The notes: generated by a model from the sequence alone, not told the origin. DNA of 64,000 nucleotides from Candidatus Omnitrophota bacterium (GCA_030649895.1 JAUSEX010000045.1:17875-81874), one strand, 5' to 3'; shown: positions 1-11,934, counted from the first letter of the stretch. Program-made: numbers and translations.

Positions 1-872
1 AATTCCCTGACCAGGTTATTATATCTCCCGCCAGCGCATATAGCATCTTTTGCGCCAAGCGATTCCTGCGTTATTTCAAAAACAGTCCCTGTGTAATAAT
101 CAAGCCCTCTTACTATCTTATGATCGATAGCGTATTGAATCCCCAGTAAATCAAGGCCCTCTTTCACCTGCTTAAAATGTTTTGCGCAATTGCTGCATAA
201 AGCGTTTTCGGATTTTACGCTTTCTGCGATCTCCCTGCAACTCTCTTCTTTGCAGTCAAAAATCCTCAGGACATTTTTTTCAAAACGGCCCTTGCAATCA
301 ATGCACAATTTCCCCACATGAGGCCTGAAACTTTCCTTGTGTTTTTCTATTACGCTCTCCTTATCTTTCTGGCATCCCAGGCTGTTTAACTTAACGTGAA
401 AGTTTTTAATAGCTAACTTTTCCAGGAATTTTACGCTAAGGGCGATCATTTCTACGTCAATAAGAGGGCTGTCAGAGCCTATAGCCTCGGCTCCTATCTG
501 GTGAAACTGCCTTTGCCTGCCCTGCTGGGGCCGCTCAGCCCTGAACATCGGGCCTATATAAAATAATTTAGAGATCCCGCCTGACTGAAATAAAGAATTT
601 TCGATGTACGAACGAACAATAGAAGCTGTAGCCTCAGGCCTCAAGGCGATATTCCTGCCGCCTCTGTCACAAAAAATATACATCTCTTTCTGGACAATAT
701 CTGTTGCGTCGCCTATGCTCCTTGTAAATAAAGACGCCTCTTCTATGATGGGCGTCTTTATCTCGTTGTAAGCGTATATATTAAATATATTCCTGCAAGT
801 AGCCTCTATGCGCTGCCAAAGGCCTATCGCATCAGGCAGAATATCTTTTGTACCGCGTAAAGCTTTTATCAT
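1..872 (-). CDS. hisS: Histidyl-tRNA synthetase, N-terminal ~290 aa; 3' end runs off the window start
   Basis: Manual reverse translation from the ATG at 872..870 gives MIKALRGTKDILPD...RPEATASIVRSY...GPMFRAERPQQGRQRQFHQIG...CAGGRYNNLV, the class II HisRS motifs. No stop before position 1, so the ORF is absent from the ORF track. Confidence 0.85.
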   Translation of the reverse strand, partial: MIKALRGTKDILPDAIGLWQRIEATCRNIFNIYAYNEIKTPIIEEASLFTRSIGDATDIVQKEMYIFCDRGGRNIALRPEATASIVRSYIENSLFQSGGISKLFYIGPMFRAERPQQGRQRQFHQIGAEAIGSDSPLIDVEMIALSVKFLEKLAIKNFHVKLNSLGCQKDKESVIEKHKESFRPHVGKLCIDCKGRFEKNVLRIFDCKEESCREIAESVKSENALCSNCAKHFKQVKEGLDLLGIQYAIDHKIVRGLDYYTGTVFEITQESLGAKDAICAGGRYNNLVRE

Positions 873-884
873 ATTCACCTACCT

Positions 885-930
885 ATCCGACTCCGTAAGT
901 CGCCCTTTACGGCGACTCACGGAGTCGGAT
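885..930. repeat. Family C hairpin repeat (ATCCGACTCCGTAAGTCGCC-loop-GGCGACTCACGGAGTCGGAT). Intergenic; probably also the terminator of the IHF-like gene
   Basis: 20-bp inverted arms with one mismatch. The same arms recur at 53355..53400, 40972..41021 and 55959..56005. Confidence 0.8.
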
Positions 931-941
931 AAGGTTATCTA

Positions 942-1226
942 TTATTTTACCTTTGCCTTCATGACAAGGCCGGGTTTAAATACAGCTACTCTTTTAGGCT
1001 GGACAGGGACCTGAGTGCCGGTCCTGGGATTGCGGCCCATGCGGCCTTTCCTTGATTTTGTCTTAAATACCCCGAAATTCCTAAGCTCTATTTTTTCTCC
1101 TTTTGCCAGGGCGTCAATTATAATATCAAACGTCATCTGCACTACTTTTTTAACATCTATCTGCTTGATATTAGCATCAATCGCGATCTTCATTACAATG
1201 TCTTTTTTGGTCATGCTCTTGGCCAT
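942..1226 (-). CDS. HU/IHF family DNA-binding protein (bacterial histone-like)
   Basis: MAKSMTKKDIV...IIDALAKGEKIELRNFGVFKTKSRKGRMGRNPRTGTQVPVQPKRVAVFKPG is the HU/IHF arm motif. Start trimmed to the ATG at 1226, which has an AAGGAGG RBS; the track ORF extends spuriously upstream. Confidence 0.85.
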   Translation of the reverse strand: MAKSMTKKDIVMKIAIDANIKQIDVKKVVQMTFDIIIDALAKGEKIELRNFGVFKTKSRKGRMGRNPRTGTQVPVQPKRVAVFKPGLVMKAKVK

Positions 1227-1333
1227 AACAAACCTCCTTGGTTTTTTATATCTATCGTAAATACAATGGGTAGTGTAACAGGTTGCAACAGTATTGTCAA
1301 ATAAAAAATGCCAACTTGTCAAGCACATTTAGT

Positions 1334-1404
1334 TAATAGGGACAGCGACCATTTTATAATATAAGATTTCTGTTTTAAAATAAAATGGTCGCTGTCCCTA
1401 TTAA
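1334..1404. repeat. Family B hairpin repeat (AATAGGGACAGCGACCATTTTA...TAAAATGGTCGCTGTCCCTATT). Intergenic, dnaE 3' end
   Basis: Perfect 22-24-bp inverted arms. Copies at 12373..12439 and, in-frame inside aroA, at 54028..54084. Confidence 0.85.
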
Positions 1405-1416
1405 TATTAACACCTA

Positions 1417-4400
1417 TTAACAGGATAGGTTGGATTTTTCGAATTTAATATGTTCGCGGCCGATAAGGGTTTCCAGTTCACTGGCTAGCTCATTGGTGGG
1501 GCTCACGAAAAGCTTTCTATCTACAAGCATACGGTAAGAACCATTGGTTTTGGTGGCAAAATTAAGATAAACAGGCGTATCGCCCTGATACCTGGTAAAA
1601 ACACCTCTAAGCCTTTCAAAAAGCTCTTCGTCCATGCCTTGCGATAAAAAATCTATTGAAACAACCTGGGTAAATTTTTTTCTTGCATCCGTGATAGGCA
1701 TTATCTCTTCCACTATTATCTTCGGCCTGTCTTCTTTGAGATTTAACCTGCCGTTTATAAATATTGCCGCGTTAAGCACTATATATTTGGAAATATTTTT
1801 ATACGCATTAGGGAACACCAGCGCTTCTACGCTACCTTCCATATCCTCCATCATCATTATAGCCATCTTCTCGCCTGTGCGTTTTGTTACTGTATTTTTT
1901 ATCTTATTTACGATCCCTCCAAACCAGATTTTCTGGCCATCTTCAAGGCTTTTTAATCCTGCGCTCGTAGCGGTGGAATATTCCTTCAGGATCTTTTCGT
2001 ATTTGGCAAGCGGGTGGCCTGTTATGTAAAATCCTATTATTTCTTTTTCAAAATTCAACAGCTGGCTCTCCGGCCACTCTTTCATGTCAGGCACATGCCT
2101 AGAAGAACTGGTTTCCGTAAAAAGCGTCATCTGGCCCGACGCTGATTCTTTGTGCGCTGAGCTTGCCGCGTCCATTGCTTCAGCCAGCATAGCCATCAAT
2201 TGCGCTCTCCGTAATCCCATGCTGTCAAACGCTCCGCATTTAATCAGGCTCTCCAGGACCTTTTTATTAACAAGCCTAGAATCCGTCCTTTCGCAAAACT
2301 CATGCAGACTGGAGAAACTACCGTATTTTTTTCTGGCCTCTATTATTGATTCTATCGCAAACCCTCCGACATTTTTAACTGCGCTGAGGCCGAATCTTAT
2401 TTCGTTTTTATTTATCATCGTAAAGTTCGCGTAACTCTCATTGGCCCCGGGCGGCAATATCTTTATACCCATGCGCTCCGCCTCATCTATGTATTCTACT
2501 ATCTTATCTGTATTATCTTTTTCACTTGTCAGCAGCGCTGTCATAAATTCAACCGGATAATTGGCTTTAAGATACGCTGTCCTGTAAGATATCATTGCGT
2601 ACGCGGCTGAATGGCTTTTATTAAAACCGTATCCGGCAAAATGTTCTATCAGGCTGAATATCTTTTCCGCGATCCTTCTGTCAATCTTGTTTTTCATCGC
2701 TCCTTCGATAAAAGCCTTCCTCTGCTGTTCCATTATCTCCGGCGTCTTCTTGCCTATCGCTCTTCTTAAAAGATCCGCCTGAGCGAGCGAAAAACCAGCA
2801 AGCCTGGAGACTATTATCATTACCTGTTCCTGATAAACAATAATGCCGTATGTTTCTTTCAGGCTCGCTTCAAGAAGAGGGTGGTCGTATCTCACGCTTA
2901 CTTTTCCATGCTTACGTTTCATGTAGTCATCCAGCATTCCGCTTCCTATAGGCCCTGGCCTGTATAACGCCAGCAGCGCTATTATATCTTCAAATTTTTC
3001 AGCCTTCAGCTTTCTCAATAAGTCCCTCATGCCGGAACTTTCTAACTGAAATATTCCGGTAGATTCCGCATTGTTTAAAAGCTTGTATGTCTTGGGGTCA
3101 TCCATCGGGATATTTTCTACTTTAAGGCCTATCCCGTTCACCCTGTTTATTATCTTGAGCGCCTCCTGGATAACAGTCAGCGTCCTGAGGCCCAGAAAAT
3201 CCATTTTTAAAAGCCCTATTTTCTCAAGCGACCCCATAGCGTACCCTGTGGAAATCTGATCATCGCTTGTCTTGAAAAGCGGGACGTGATTGGTCATAAA
3301 ATCTTCGCTTATAACAACCCCTGCGGCGTGCGTAGAGGCATGGCGCGTAAGGCCCTCTAATTTTCTTGAGACATCGATAAGTTCTTTTACTCTCGGGTCT
3401 TCTTTGTAGAGCCTGGCGATCTCGGGCTCCTGGCGAAGCGCGAGTTCCAGCGTCATGTCTGGATCCGCCGGCACAAGTTTCGCTATCCTGTCCACGTCCG
3501 CATATGGAAGGCTCATTACCCTTCCCACATCCCTCAAGACCGCCCTGGCAGCCATAGTCCCGAATGTTATTATCTGGGCCACATTATCTTTTCCGTATTT
3601 CTGAATCACGTAATCTATCACCTCGCCTCTTTTTTCATAACAAAAATCTATGTCTATATCAGGCATGCTGACGCGTTCGGAATTTAAAAATCTTTCGAAA
3701 AGCAGATTATACTGCAAAGGATCTATGTCCGTTATGCCGAGAAGATAGCTTGTAATGCTCCCTGCAGCAGAACCCCTGCCCGGGCCAACAGCTATGCCCT
3801 TTGATTTTGCGTAATTTACGAAATCCCACACTATAAGAAAATAACTGACATAGCCCGCCTTATTTATGACCTTGAGTTCGCTTTCCAGCCTGTCTTTTAT
3901 TTGCGGCGTGACTTCCTTGTATCTAACCGGGAGGTTTTGTTCGCATAAATCTTTAATGTACTTTTCGCGCGTTGTGCCCTTCGGTACAATATAATGAGGG
4001 AGAAAGGTCTTCTTGAAATCAAGCTCCAGATTACATCTCTCTGCTATTTTTATTGTGTTAGATATCGCTTCCGGCACATCCTTGAAAAGCGCCTTCATCT
4101 CTTCTGCGGATTTAAAATAGAATTGGTCTGTCTGAAGCTTCATGCGATTCGGATCGCTTAGCGTGGTCTGAGTCTGTATGCAGAGCAGGGCTTCATGAGC
4201 CTTTGCGCTGTCTTTGGTAAGATAATGAACGTCGTTTGTCGCCACAAGGCCTACGCCCAATTCTTTGCCCAGCCTTATAAGCTCCTTAGCGACTTGTTGC
4301 TGCTCGGGAATAGAATTATCCTGCAGTTCAAAATAAAAATTTTCTTTACCGAGGATATCGCTGTATTCGGCTGCAAGCTGCCTGGCCCTTTCTTCCTTGT

Positions 4401-4857
4401 TATTCATTATCGCCCTGGATATTTCTCCTTTCAGGCAGCCGGAAAGCGCTATCAACCCTTCAGAATATTTTGCGAGAACCTCTTTATCTATCCTGGGCTT
4501 ATAATAGAACCCTTCCAGATAACCTATGGAAACCAGTTTCATTAAATTCTTATAACCGGTTTCATCCCTTGCAAGCAATATCAGGTGATTCGCAGTCTCT
4601 TCGCCCGTAGAGTACGTTTTTTCCAGCCTGCCTTTTGGGGCGATATAAACCTCTGAACCTATTATGGGTTTTATTCCGTTAGTTATGCAGGACTGATAGA
4701 ACTCGATAGCGCCAAACATATTGCCATGGTCTGTTATTGCGCAGGCCGGCATTTTCATTCGCCGGATCAGGTCTGTGAGATGAGGTATCAGGCAAGCGCC
4801 GTCAAGAAGGCTGTATTGCGTGTGGACGTGAAGATGAACGAAATCTGAGTGAAGCAT
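1417..4857 (-). CDS. dnaE: DNA polymerase III alpha subunit
   Basis: 1146 aa. N-terminal PHP motif FVHLHVHTQYSLLDGA, a polymerase core and a C-terminal OB fold. Confidence 0.95.
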   Translation of the reverse strand: MLHSDFVHLHVHTQYSLLDGACLIPHLTDLIRRMKMPACAITDHGNMFGAIEFYQSCITNGIKPIIGSEVYIAPKGRLEKTYSTGEETANHLILLARDETGYKNLMKLVSIGYLEGFYYKPRIDKEVLAKYSEGLIALSGCLKGEISRAIMNNKEERARQLAAEYSDILGKENFYFELQDNSIPEQQQVAKELIRLGKELGVGLVATNDVHYLTKDSAKAHEALLCIQTQTTLSDPNRMKLQTDQFYFKSAEEMKALFKDVPEAISNTIKIAERCNLELDFKKTFLPHYIVPKGTTREKYIKDLCEQNLPVRYKEVTPQIKDRLESELKVINKAGYVSYFLIVWDFVNYAKSKGIAVGPGRGSAAGSITSYLLGITDIDPLQYNLLFERFLNSERVSMPDIDIDFCYEKRGEVIDYVIQKYGKDNVAQIITFGTMAARAVLRDVGRVMSLPYADVDRIAKLVPADPDMTLELALRQEPEIARLYKEDPRVKELIDVSRKLEGLTRHASTHAAGVVISEDFMTNHVPLFKTSDDQISTGYAMGSLEKIGLLKMDFLGLRTLTVIQEALKIINRVNGIGLKVENIPMDDPKTYKLLNNAESTGIFQLESSGMRDLLRKLKAEKFEDIIALLALYRPGPIGSGMLDDYMKRKHGKVSVRYDHPLLEASLKETYGIIVYQEQVMIIVSRLAGFSLAQADLLRRAIGKKTPEIMEQQRKAFIEGAMKNKIDRRIAEKIFSLIEHFAGYGFNKSHSAAYAMISYRTAYLKANYPVEFMTALLTSEKDNTDKIVEYIDEAERMGIKILPPGANESYANFTMINKNEIRFGLSAVKNVGGFAIESIIEARKKYGSFSSLHEFCERTDSRLVNKKVLESLIKCGAFDSMGLRRAQLMAMLAEAMDAASSAHKESASGQMTLFTETSSSRHVPDMKEWPESQLLNFEKEIIGFYITGHPLAKYEKILKEYSTATSAGLKSLEDGQKIWFGGIVNKIKNTVTKRTGEKMAIMMMEDMEGSVEALVFPNAYKNISKYIVLNAAIFINGRLNLKEDRPKIIVEEIMPITDARKKFTQVVSIDFLSQGMDEELFERLRGVFTRYQGDTPVYLNFATKTNGSYRMLVDRKLFVSPTNELASELETLIGREHIKFEKSNLSC

Positions 4858-4868
4858 GTTTGTCTATC

Positions 4869-4983
4869 GAATATTGTTCGAGCGGACATTCTGGCCATGC
4901 CTGTAAGCCCGGGCGAGAACCCTTGTAAGAACTTCCCGACCCTGCTCGCATGATAGGTTCTCATGACCGCTCGAAGAATATTG
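4869..4983. repeat. Family A nested-palindrome repeat element (permuted copy) between dnaE and the IMPDH-family gene
   Basis: AATATTGTTCGAGCGGACATTCTGGCC...GCGAGAAC ... TCTCATGACCGCTCGAAGAATATTG. Confidence 0.8.
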
Positions 4984-5008
4984 TTTTTTCTTCCGCGTGG
5001 TTCCGCAA

Positions 5009-6169
5009 CTACTTCCCCATCCCAACCTTTTGGACGCGCTGCATTATTTTTCCTTCGGTCTTGATAGATGGGGCGATTATAATATCCGTCAGCTGCATCT
5101 CTCTGATATTGCTTGCGCCGAGATTTCCCATTGATGTCATAAGGGCGCCTACTAAATTCTGGGAACCGTCATCGAGTTTTGCAGGGCCTAAAAGTATCTC
5201 TTCCAGCGTACCTGTCGTTCCAACATGAATCCTTGTTCCGCGCGGCAGGTTAGCGTGAGGCGTAGCCATACCCCAGTGATAGCCCTTGCCAGGGGCTTCT
5301 TTCGCCCTTGCAAAAGCAGAGCCCACCATTACCGCGTCTGCGCCGCAGGCAAACGCCTTGCATATATCGCCGCCTGAATCCATCCCGCCGTCCGTGATAA
5401 TAGGTATGTATTTTGTTGTTTTCTTGTAATAAAAATCTCTGGCTGCTGCAATGTCTGAAGTCGCTGTCACCTGGGGGACCCCTATCCCCAAAACGCCCCG
5501 GGTGGTGCACGCTGCGCCCGGCCCTATTCCTACGAGAAGCGCGCTCGGCCCTGTCTCCATAAGCTCCAGCGCCACAGAATACGTAACGCAATTCCCGAGA
5601 ATCACTGGTATCTTCATTGATTTTATAAATTTTGCGAGATTCACTACTTTATATTCGCTGGAAACATGCTTCACGCTGATAACGGTTGATTGAATCACAA
5701 AAATATCAGCGCCTGAATCCTGAGCTATCTTTCCAAATTTCTCCGCATCCTGAGGTATAGAACTGACCACGGCAACGCCTTTTTTGCTTTTTATCTCCTT
5801 TATTCTTCTGGCAATCAGTTTTTCCTGCACAGGTTTTAAATAAAGCGACTGGACCAGCTTCGTAGCCTCTTCCGGATTCGCATGGGCTATCTTTTCAAGC
5901 ACTTCTCCCGGGTATTCATAACGGGTCTGAACGCCATTGAGATTCAGCACCGCTATTCCTCCTAGTTTCGACATGGCTACTGCAAAATCCACGTCAACTA
6001 CGCCGTCCATTGCAGCGGCAAGTATTGGAACTTTATATTTCTTGCCTGCAAGCTCCCAGCTGGTATCTACTTCTTTGGGATTTATCGTAACACTTCCGGG
6101 AACAAGCGCTATCTCGTCAAAACCGTAACATCTCCTGGCTTTCCTGCCTCTTCCTACCCATTCGCCCAT
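5009..6169 (-). CDS. IMP dehydrogenase-family protein (GuaB-related TIM barrel, no obvious CBS pair)
   Basis: 386 aa. MGEWVGRGRKARRCYGFDEIALVPG is the N-terminus of the IMPDH-related TIGR01304-like family. ...GGMDSGGDICKAFACGADAVMVGS is the IMPDH-like phosphate-binding barrel. Confidence 0.7.
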   Translation of the reverse strand: MGEWVGRGRKARRCYGFDEIALVPGSVTINPKEVDTSWELAGKKYKVPILAAAMDGVVDVDFAVAMSKLGGIAVLNLNGVQTRYEYPGEVLEKIAHANPEEATKLVQSLYLKPVQEKLIARRIKEIKSKKGVAVVSSIPQDAEKFGKIAQDSGADIFVIQSTVISVKHVSSEYKVVNLAKFIKSMKIPVILGNCVTYSVALELMETGPSALLVGIGPGAACTTRGVLGIGVPQVTATSDIAAARDFYYKKTTKYIPIITDGGMDSGGDICKAFACGADAVMVGSAFARAKEAPGKGYHWGMATPHANLPRGTRIHVGTTGTLEEILLGPAKLDDGSQNLVGALMTSMGNLGASNIREMQLTDIIIAPSIKTEGKIMQRVQKVGMGK

Positions 6170-6193
6170 TTAAATCCTCCTTATTTTTTATGT

Positions 6194-6232
6194 TAATTTA
6201 TGCATAATACAGTAAATTTTACACAAAGTCAA
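6194..6232 (-). promoter_or_regulatory. Sigma70-type promoter for the IMPDH-family gene
   Basis: On the minus strand: -35 TTGACT (6232..6227), a 17-nt spacer, -10 TATTAT (6209..6204), then a GGAGG RBS and the ATG at 6169. Confidence 0.5.
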
Positions 6233-6265
6233 GCATGGACCAATTACAGTGGAACAAATATATCA

Positions 6266-7867
6266 TTATTTCTGGATTAATGATATATCCAATACGCACA
6301 GCCTGAATAAAATATCCTTCCAGAACTTATCCCGGCCTTCTTTTTCCAGAACAACGTCTTTTACTTCATGAAATAACTCTATGGCCTTTTGAGAATGCGC
6401 CTGCGAAATTTCATGCCCTGAGAAACGCGCCTCCATAAACCCTTCCGTCAAAGATTTCATAGTCTCCGGCTTCAGGGAGACTAATTCCTTCAAGAGGTCG
6501 TAATACTCCCTGTAAGCGACGTAACTGAATTTTGGGACTCCGTAAATCTTAAAGGCACCGCATAAAGCATAATACACCTCTTTTATAAATTCCTTAGGGT
6601 CTGTTTTGCATAATTCGGACAGTCTCCGCGCCCTTATAAAAACCAGGGCCGTTGAAATAGCTACAGCCGCTGTTATGACCCACAGAAAAGTAACGATAAC
6701 ATAAAACAAAAAGCTTTTCTTCTTCTTTGGTTCAACAGGTCCTTTTATTTTTATTTTTACATCGTTGCTGAATACGCCCAGATAGCTGGCGGATATCTGA
6801 ATATCCCCCTCGCTTTCAGCCGAAAGATTTCCGTTTTTATCCAGAGAAACATTTGTATTGCCGGTAACTTTCCAGTCAACAAGTCTTGTTGCTGGAATAA
6901 CAGAGCCATCCGTCAGCTTTAGCTCTGCCGTAATACTTACCTGCCGATCCAGAGGCGTCTCGAGTTTATCCGATTTTATCGTAAGAGACTCCACCTTGAA
7001 GGAGTCTATATTTTTATTGTAATCGCTGGGTTTAAATCTTTCCGTAATATCCGTTTTATCCTTTTTCTCGTCTTTTTTTGAGTTCAGAGGACTATCCGTC
7101 TCTCTTTTTTTGGACCCGTCGTCCACTATCTGTTCTTTTTTTACCTTGACGTCTTTTATGGTTTTATCCGCAGAAAACAATAGCTTTAATATAGGCACCT
7201 CTTCAGGTATTCCTATCAAAGTCGAAGGCACCCATTTAAGAGAAAGATTATTGAATCTAGGCACAGCCGGATAGACTAAGGCGGACAATATCATGATAAC
7301 GGAAAACATGATCGCCCCTACCTTTATCTGCTGCCACAGGCTCATCACTTCTTCTTTGTCCCCTATTATCATAGACCCCAGATTTTGTTTTTCGCATACA
7401 AGCGCCAGACGCATCGTAAAAATAAGTATAAATAAAAAAACCGCCAAATATAAAATATAGACCGTTTCCTGTTCTAATGCCAGACCTACGGAGGATATTA
7501 AAAGCGCCGCGGAAATAAACTGGGTAAGACTGTAATTTTTCTGGGTGCTGAGCCCGAACGACTGGAAAAGACCAAGCCACACCAGGGCTACAGAAAATAT
7601 CCTCAGCAGGTTTTCAAAACTCATCTCTGTCTCGTACAACCTGCTCAGTACCACTACCACGCTGGCCAGGGAAAGCATTCCGATAAACGTGTCTATGTGA
7701 GGCGGCCTGAAGCTTCTTGCATACCAACTGAATAGAAACCCGACTATAGTACCTAGCACAAGCAAGGCTACTATAACAGGGCCTACTATTTTCTGAACGC
7801 TGAAAATGCCTATAATTACCAGCCCAAGATTCGCAAAATGAAAATATAGAGTTTCTTTGCTCATCAT
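6266..7867 (-). CDS. Multi-pass membrane protein with a C-terminal DUF4129-like domain. Third gene of the MoxR-DUF58-DUF4129 operon type
   Basis: 533 aa with several N-terminal TM helices, a Lys/Asp-rich linker and an Ig-like stretch. The C-terminus ...AYREYYDLL...TEGFMEARFSGHEIS resembles DUF4129. Overlaps the DUF58 gene by 4 nt. Confidence 0.6.
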   Translation of the reverse strand: MMSKETLYFHFANLGLVIIGIFSVQKIVGPVIVALLVLGTIVGFLFSWYARSFRPPHIDTFIGMLSLASVVVVLSRLYETEMSFENLLRIFSVALVWLGLFQSFGLSTQKNYSLTQFISAALLISSVGLALEQETVYILYLAVFLFILIFTMRLALVCEKQNLGSMIIGDKEEVMSLWQQIKVGAIMFSVIMILSALVYPAVPRFNNLSLKWVPSTLIGIPEEVPILKLLFSADKTIKDVKVKKEQIVDDGSKKRETDSPLNSKKDEKKDKTDITERFKPSDYNKNIDSFKVESLTIKSDKLETPLDRQVSITAELKLTDGSVIPATRLVDWKVTGNTNVSLDKNGNLSAESEGDIQISASYLGVFSNDVKIKIKGPVEPKKKKSFLFYVIVTFLWVITAAVAISTALVFIRARRLSELCKTDPKEFIKEVYYALCGAFKIYGVPKFSYVAYREYYDLLKELVSLKPETMKSLTEGFMEARFSGHEISQAHSQKAIELFHEVKDVVLEKEGRDKFWKDILFRLCVLDISLIQK

Positions 7868-9096
7868 GAAGCAACCTCAAACTTTTTCTCCAAATCATCG
7901 CCTTTGGAAATCCTGTACACGTGCGCATCCAGGCCCGCAAGCGCCTCGTCAAATCTCTTTGCGCCTTCAGCATCCAGATATTCGCTTTCCTCCGTATGGC
8001 CGAATGTGGAGCTGGAGAGGACTACCGTTATAAGCTTTACCCCTTTTAGCTTAAACTGCACAAGGCTTGAAAGCGCCTCCATATCAGTATCCAGCATTAC
8101 GATAATAAGCGTTGAGCCATAAGGCGCGACAAAGCTCGCCTCATCCAGCGTTTCGCTCAGCGTATAATCGCCTTCTGACCGCAACCTTGCCAGATATTCC
8201 AGTATTTTATATAAATGGGAATCGCCTTTACCGAAAGGTACCACAATCGCCTCTTTCGTATAGCCCATAATCTGCACGAATGCCCCGCTATTCATCAAAA
8301 ATCTCGCAACAGATCCAGCTATTTTTATAGAATATTCCAGGGTTGTTTCTCTGCCGACTCCTATGTCGTTGCCTTTTTTAAGGTCCAGGACGATTGTAAC
8401 TTCCTGGATTGAGTTGCGCTCAAACTGTTTTACTATCAACTTATTATGTTTCGCTGATGAAGGCCAGTGTATCCTGCTGATCGCGTCTCCGCGCTGATAT
8501 TCCCTTATGCCGAAAAATTCATGGTTGTCGCCGCTGATCTTGGCTGTCTCAACGCCCATCCACGAGACAGACCCGCTGGCAAGAGACGGAAAAGCGAATA
8601 TCCTGAAAAAAGAAGGATAGACAATGATATTTGATACTACATTAAGGACCTGTTTCATCCTGAAAAAACCCAGAGCATCCTGCGAAATAACCTCTATGGG
8701 CCCTATCTTCCACAATCCTCTTTTGTAGCACTCTATAGAATAATTAAAACTTTTTTCCTCTTTTGCCCCAATCTCCAGCACAAACAGGGAAACCTTTTCT
8801 TTCCCGGGATTGGCTGCCTGAAAATAATCCACTATCTCAAAAAAAGAAGCGGCTCTTGAAAGATTATTGCGGATGCTCATCTTGATATTCAGCATCTCGT
8901 CTTCAAAGGCGGTCTCCTGTGTTACGCGCTGTATCTCTATGTCAGGAATATTAAAACGCATATGGAAATAAGACAGGACAAGCATAACAAAAGCTATAAC
9001 AAAAAATAGATACACCATTGTTATATCAGTATTCCAGGCAATAGCTAAAAGAAGTATTACTGCTAAAAGAAGTGAGACGCCTCTTGAGGTAAGCAT
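7864..9096 (-). CDS. DUF58 domain protein (vWA-like; MoxR partner)
   Basis: 410 aa. Contains the DUF58 signature GDNHEFFGIREYQRGDAISRIHW, has two N-terminal TM helices and lies immediately downstream of the MoxR ATPase. Confidence 0.8.
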   Translation of the reverse strand: MLTSRGVSLLLAVILLLAIAWNTDITMVYLFFVIAFVMLVLSYFHMRFNIPDIEIQRVTQETAFEDEMLNIKMSIRNNLSRAASFFEIVDYFQAANPGKEKVSLFVLEIGAKEEKSFNYSIECYKRGLWKIGPIEVISQDALGFFRMKQVLNVVSNIIVYPSFFRIFAFPSLASGSVSWMGVETAKISGDNHEFFGIREYQRGDAISRIHWPSSAKHNKLIVKQFERNSIQEVTIVLDLKKGNDIGVGRETTLEYSIKIAGSVARFLMNSGAFVQIMGYTKEAIVVPFGKGDSHLYKILEYLARLRSEGDYTLSETLDEASFVAPYGSTLIIVMLDTDMEALSSLVQFKLKGVKLITVVLSSSTFGHTEESEYLDAEGAKRFDEALAGLDAHVYRISKGDDLEKKFEVAS

Positions 9097-9099
9097 GTA

Positions 9100-10038
9100 T
9101 TAAACCGGCACAGGGACTTTTTTTAATATATGATTAACGGTGTCTTTTGAAGTCAGCCCGCGCACTATGGAACGCGGCTGTAAAATAAGCCTATGCTTAA
9201 GAACCGCGTAAGCAAGATTTTTGACATCGTCAGGTATTACATAATCTCTTTTATCAAGAAACGCCAGCGCCCTTGATGTGCGCATAAGCGCCAGAGAAGC
9301 CCTGGGACTCGCCCCAAGTTTTATATCGCCTGGCATATTTCTTGAGGCAGAGACTATCTGTACTATATAATCTGCTATTTTCTGATCTATATGAACTTCC
9401 ATTATCGCTTTCTGGACTTCTATTATATCGGCTATACTGACTACGCTCTGCAATGTCTCTATGGGAGATTCTTTAAGATTTCTCGTCAGTATGCTGGCCT
9501 CTTCCTGATTAGACGGATAACCTACTGCCAGCTGCATTAGAAATCTGTCTACTTGCGATTCCGGCAAGGGATACGTCCCGTGAAATTCTATAGGGTTTTC
9601 AGTAGCTATTACAAAAAATGGGGACGGAAGCTCTCTTACGACTCCATCCATGGTGACCCTGAACTCCTGCATGGCTTCAAGAAGCGCTGACTGGGTCCTT
9701 GGCGTAGTTCTGTTTATTTCATCGGCCAGTACTATATTTGCAAATATAGGGCCTTCGTTGAATTCAAACTCGTTTGTCTTCTGATTGTAAATAGAAACCC
9801 CTGTGACATCCGAAGGCAAAAGATCCGGAGTGAACTGAATCCTTTTAAATTTACCTGCTATGGATTTCGCAAGAGTGCGGGAAAGCATTGTCTTGCCAAG
9901 GCCAGGCACGTCTTCCAGGAGCACGTGGCCATTCGAGATAAGGCCTACAACCACAAGCTCGATCACTTCGCGTTTACCGACTATAACTTTTGAAATATTG
10001 TTGATAAGCCTTTGAGGGATTTCGTGAAGATCTGACAT
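9100..10038 (-). CDS. MoxR-family AAA+ ATPase
   Basis: Walker A GLISNGHVLLEDVPGLGKT and Walker B VLADEINR. Start trimmed to MSDLHEIPQ (ATG at 10038, preceded by AGGAGG). Confidence 0.85.
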   Translation of the reverse strand: MSDLHEIPQRLINNISKVIVGKREVIELVVVGLISNGHVLLEDVPGLGKTMLSRTLAKSIAGKFKRIQFTPDLLPSDVTGVSIYNQKTNEFEFNEGPIFANIVLADEINRTTPRTQSALLEAMQEFRVTMDGVVRELPSPFFVIATENPIEFHGTYPLPESQVDRFLMQLAVGYPSNQEEASILTRNLKESPIETLQSVVSIADIIEVQKAIMEVHIDQKIADYIVQIVSASRNMPGDIKLGASPRASLALMRTSRALAFLDKRDYVIPDDVKNLAYAVLKHRLILQPRSIVRGLTSKDTVNHILKKVPVPV

Positions 10039-10194
10039 AAGTTTCCTCCTTATAGCCGTTCCGCCTCCGCCTGGCAGGTGAAATATGGTTAACATTATAA
10101 AGCATCTTAAATATAGCACATTGACACATCGTTGTCAAAAATAAAAAGCCCGCGGCAATTTCTTGCCGCGGGCTCAAAGCTTCAATGCAATGTT

Positions 10195-10252
10195 CTCTAC
10201 TCGCTTCGTTCGCTCGAACAATATTCTTCGAGCAAGGCACCATAAGCGCCTA
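10195..10252. repeat. Family A repeat, partial (inner palindrome CGCTCGAACAATATTCTTCGAGCA), between moxR and groEL
   Basis: Contains the family A core. Confidence 0.6.
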
Positions 10253-10269
10253 GCAGAGAAATCAAGCTA

Positions 10270-11934
<1,665 letters not shown>

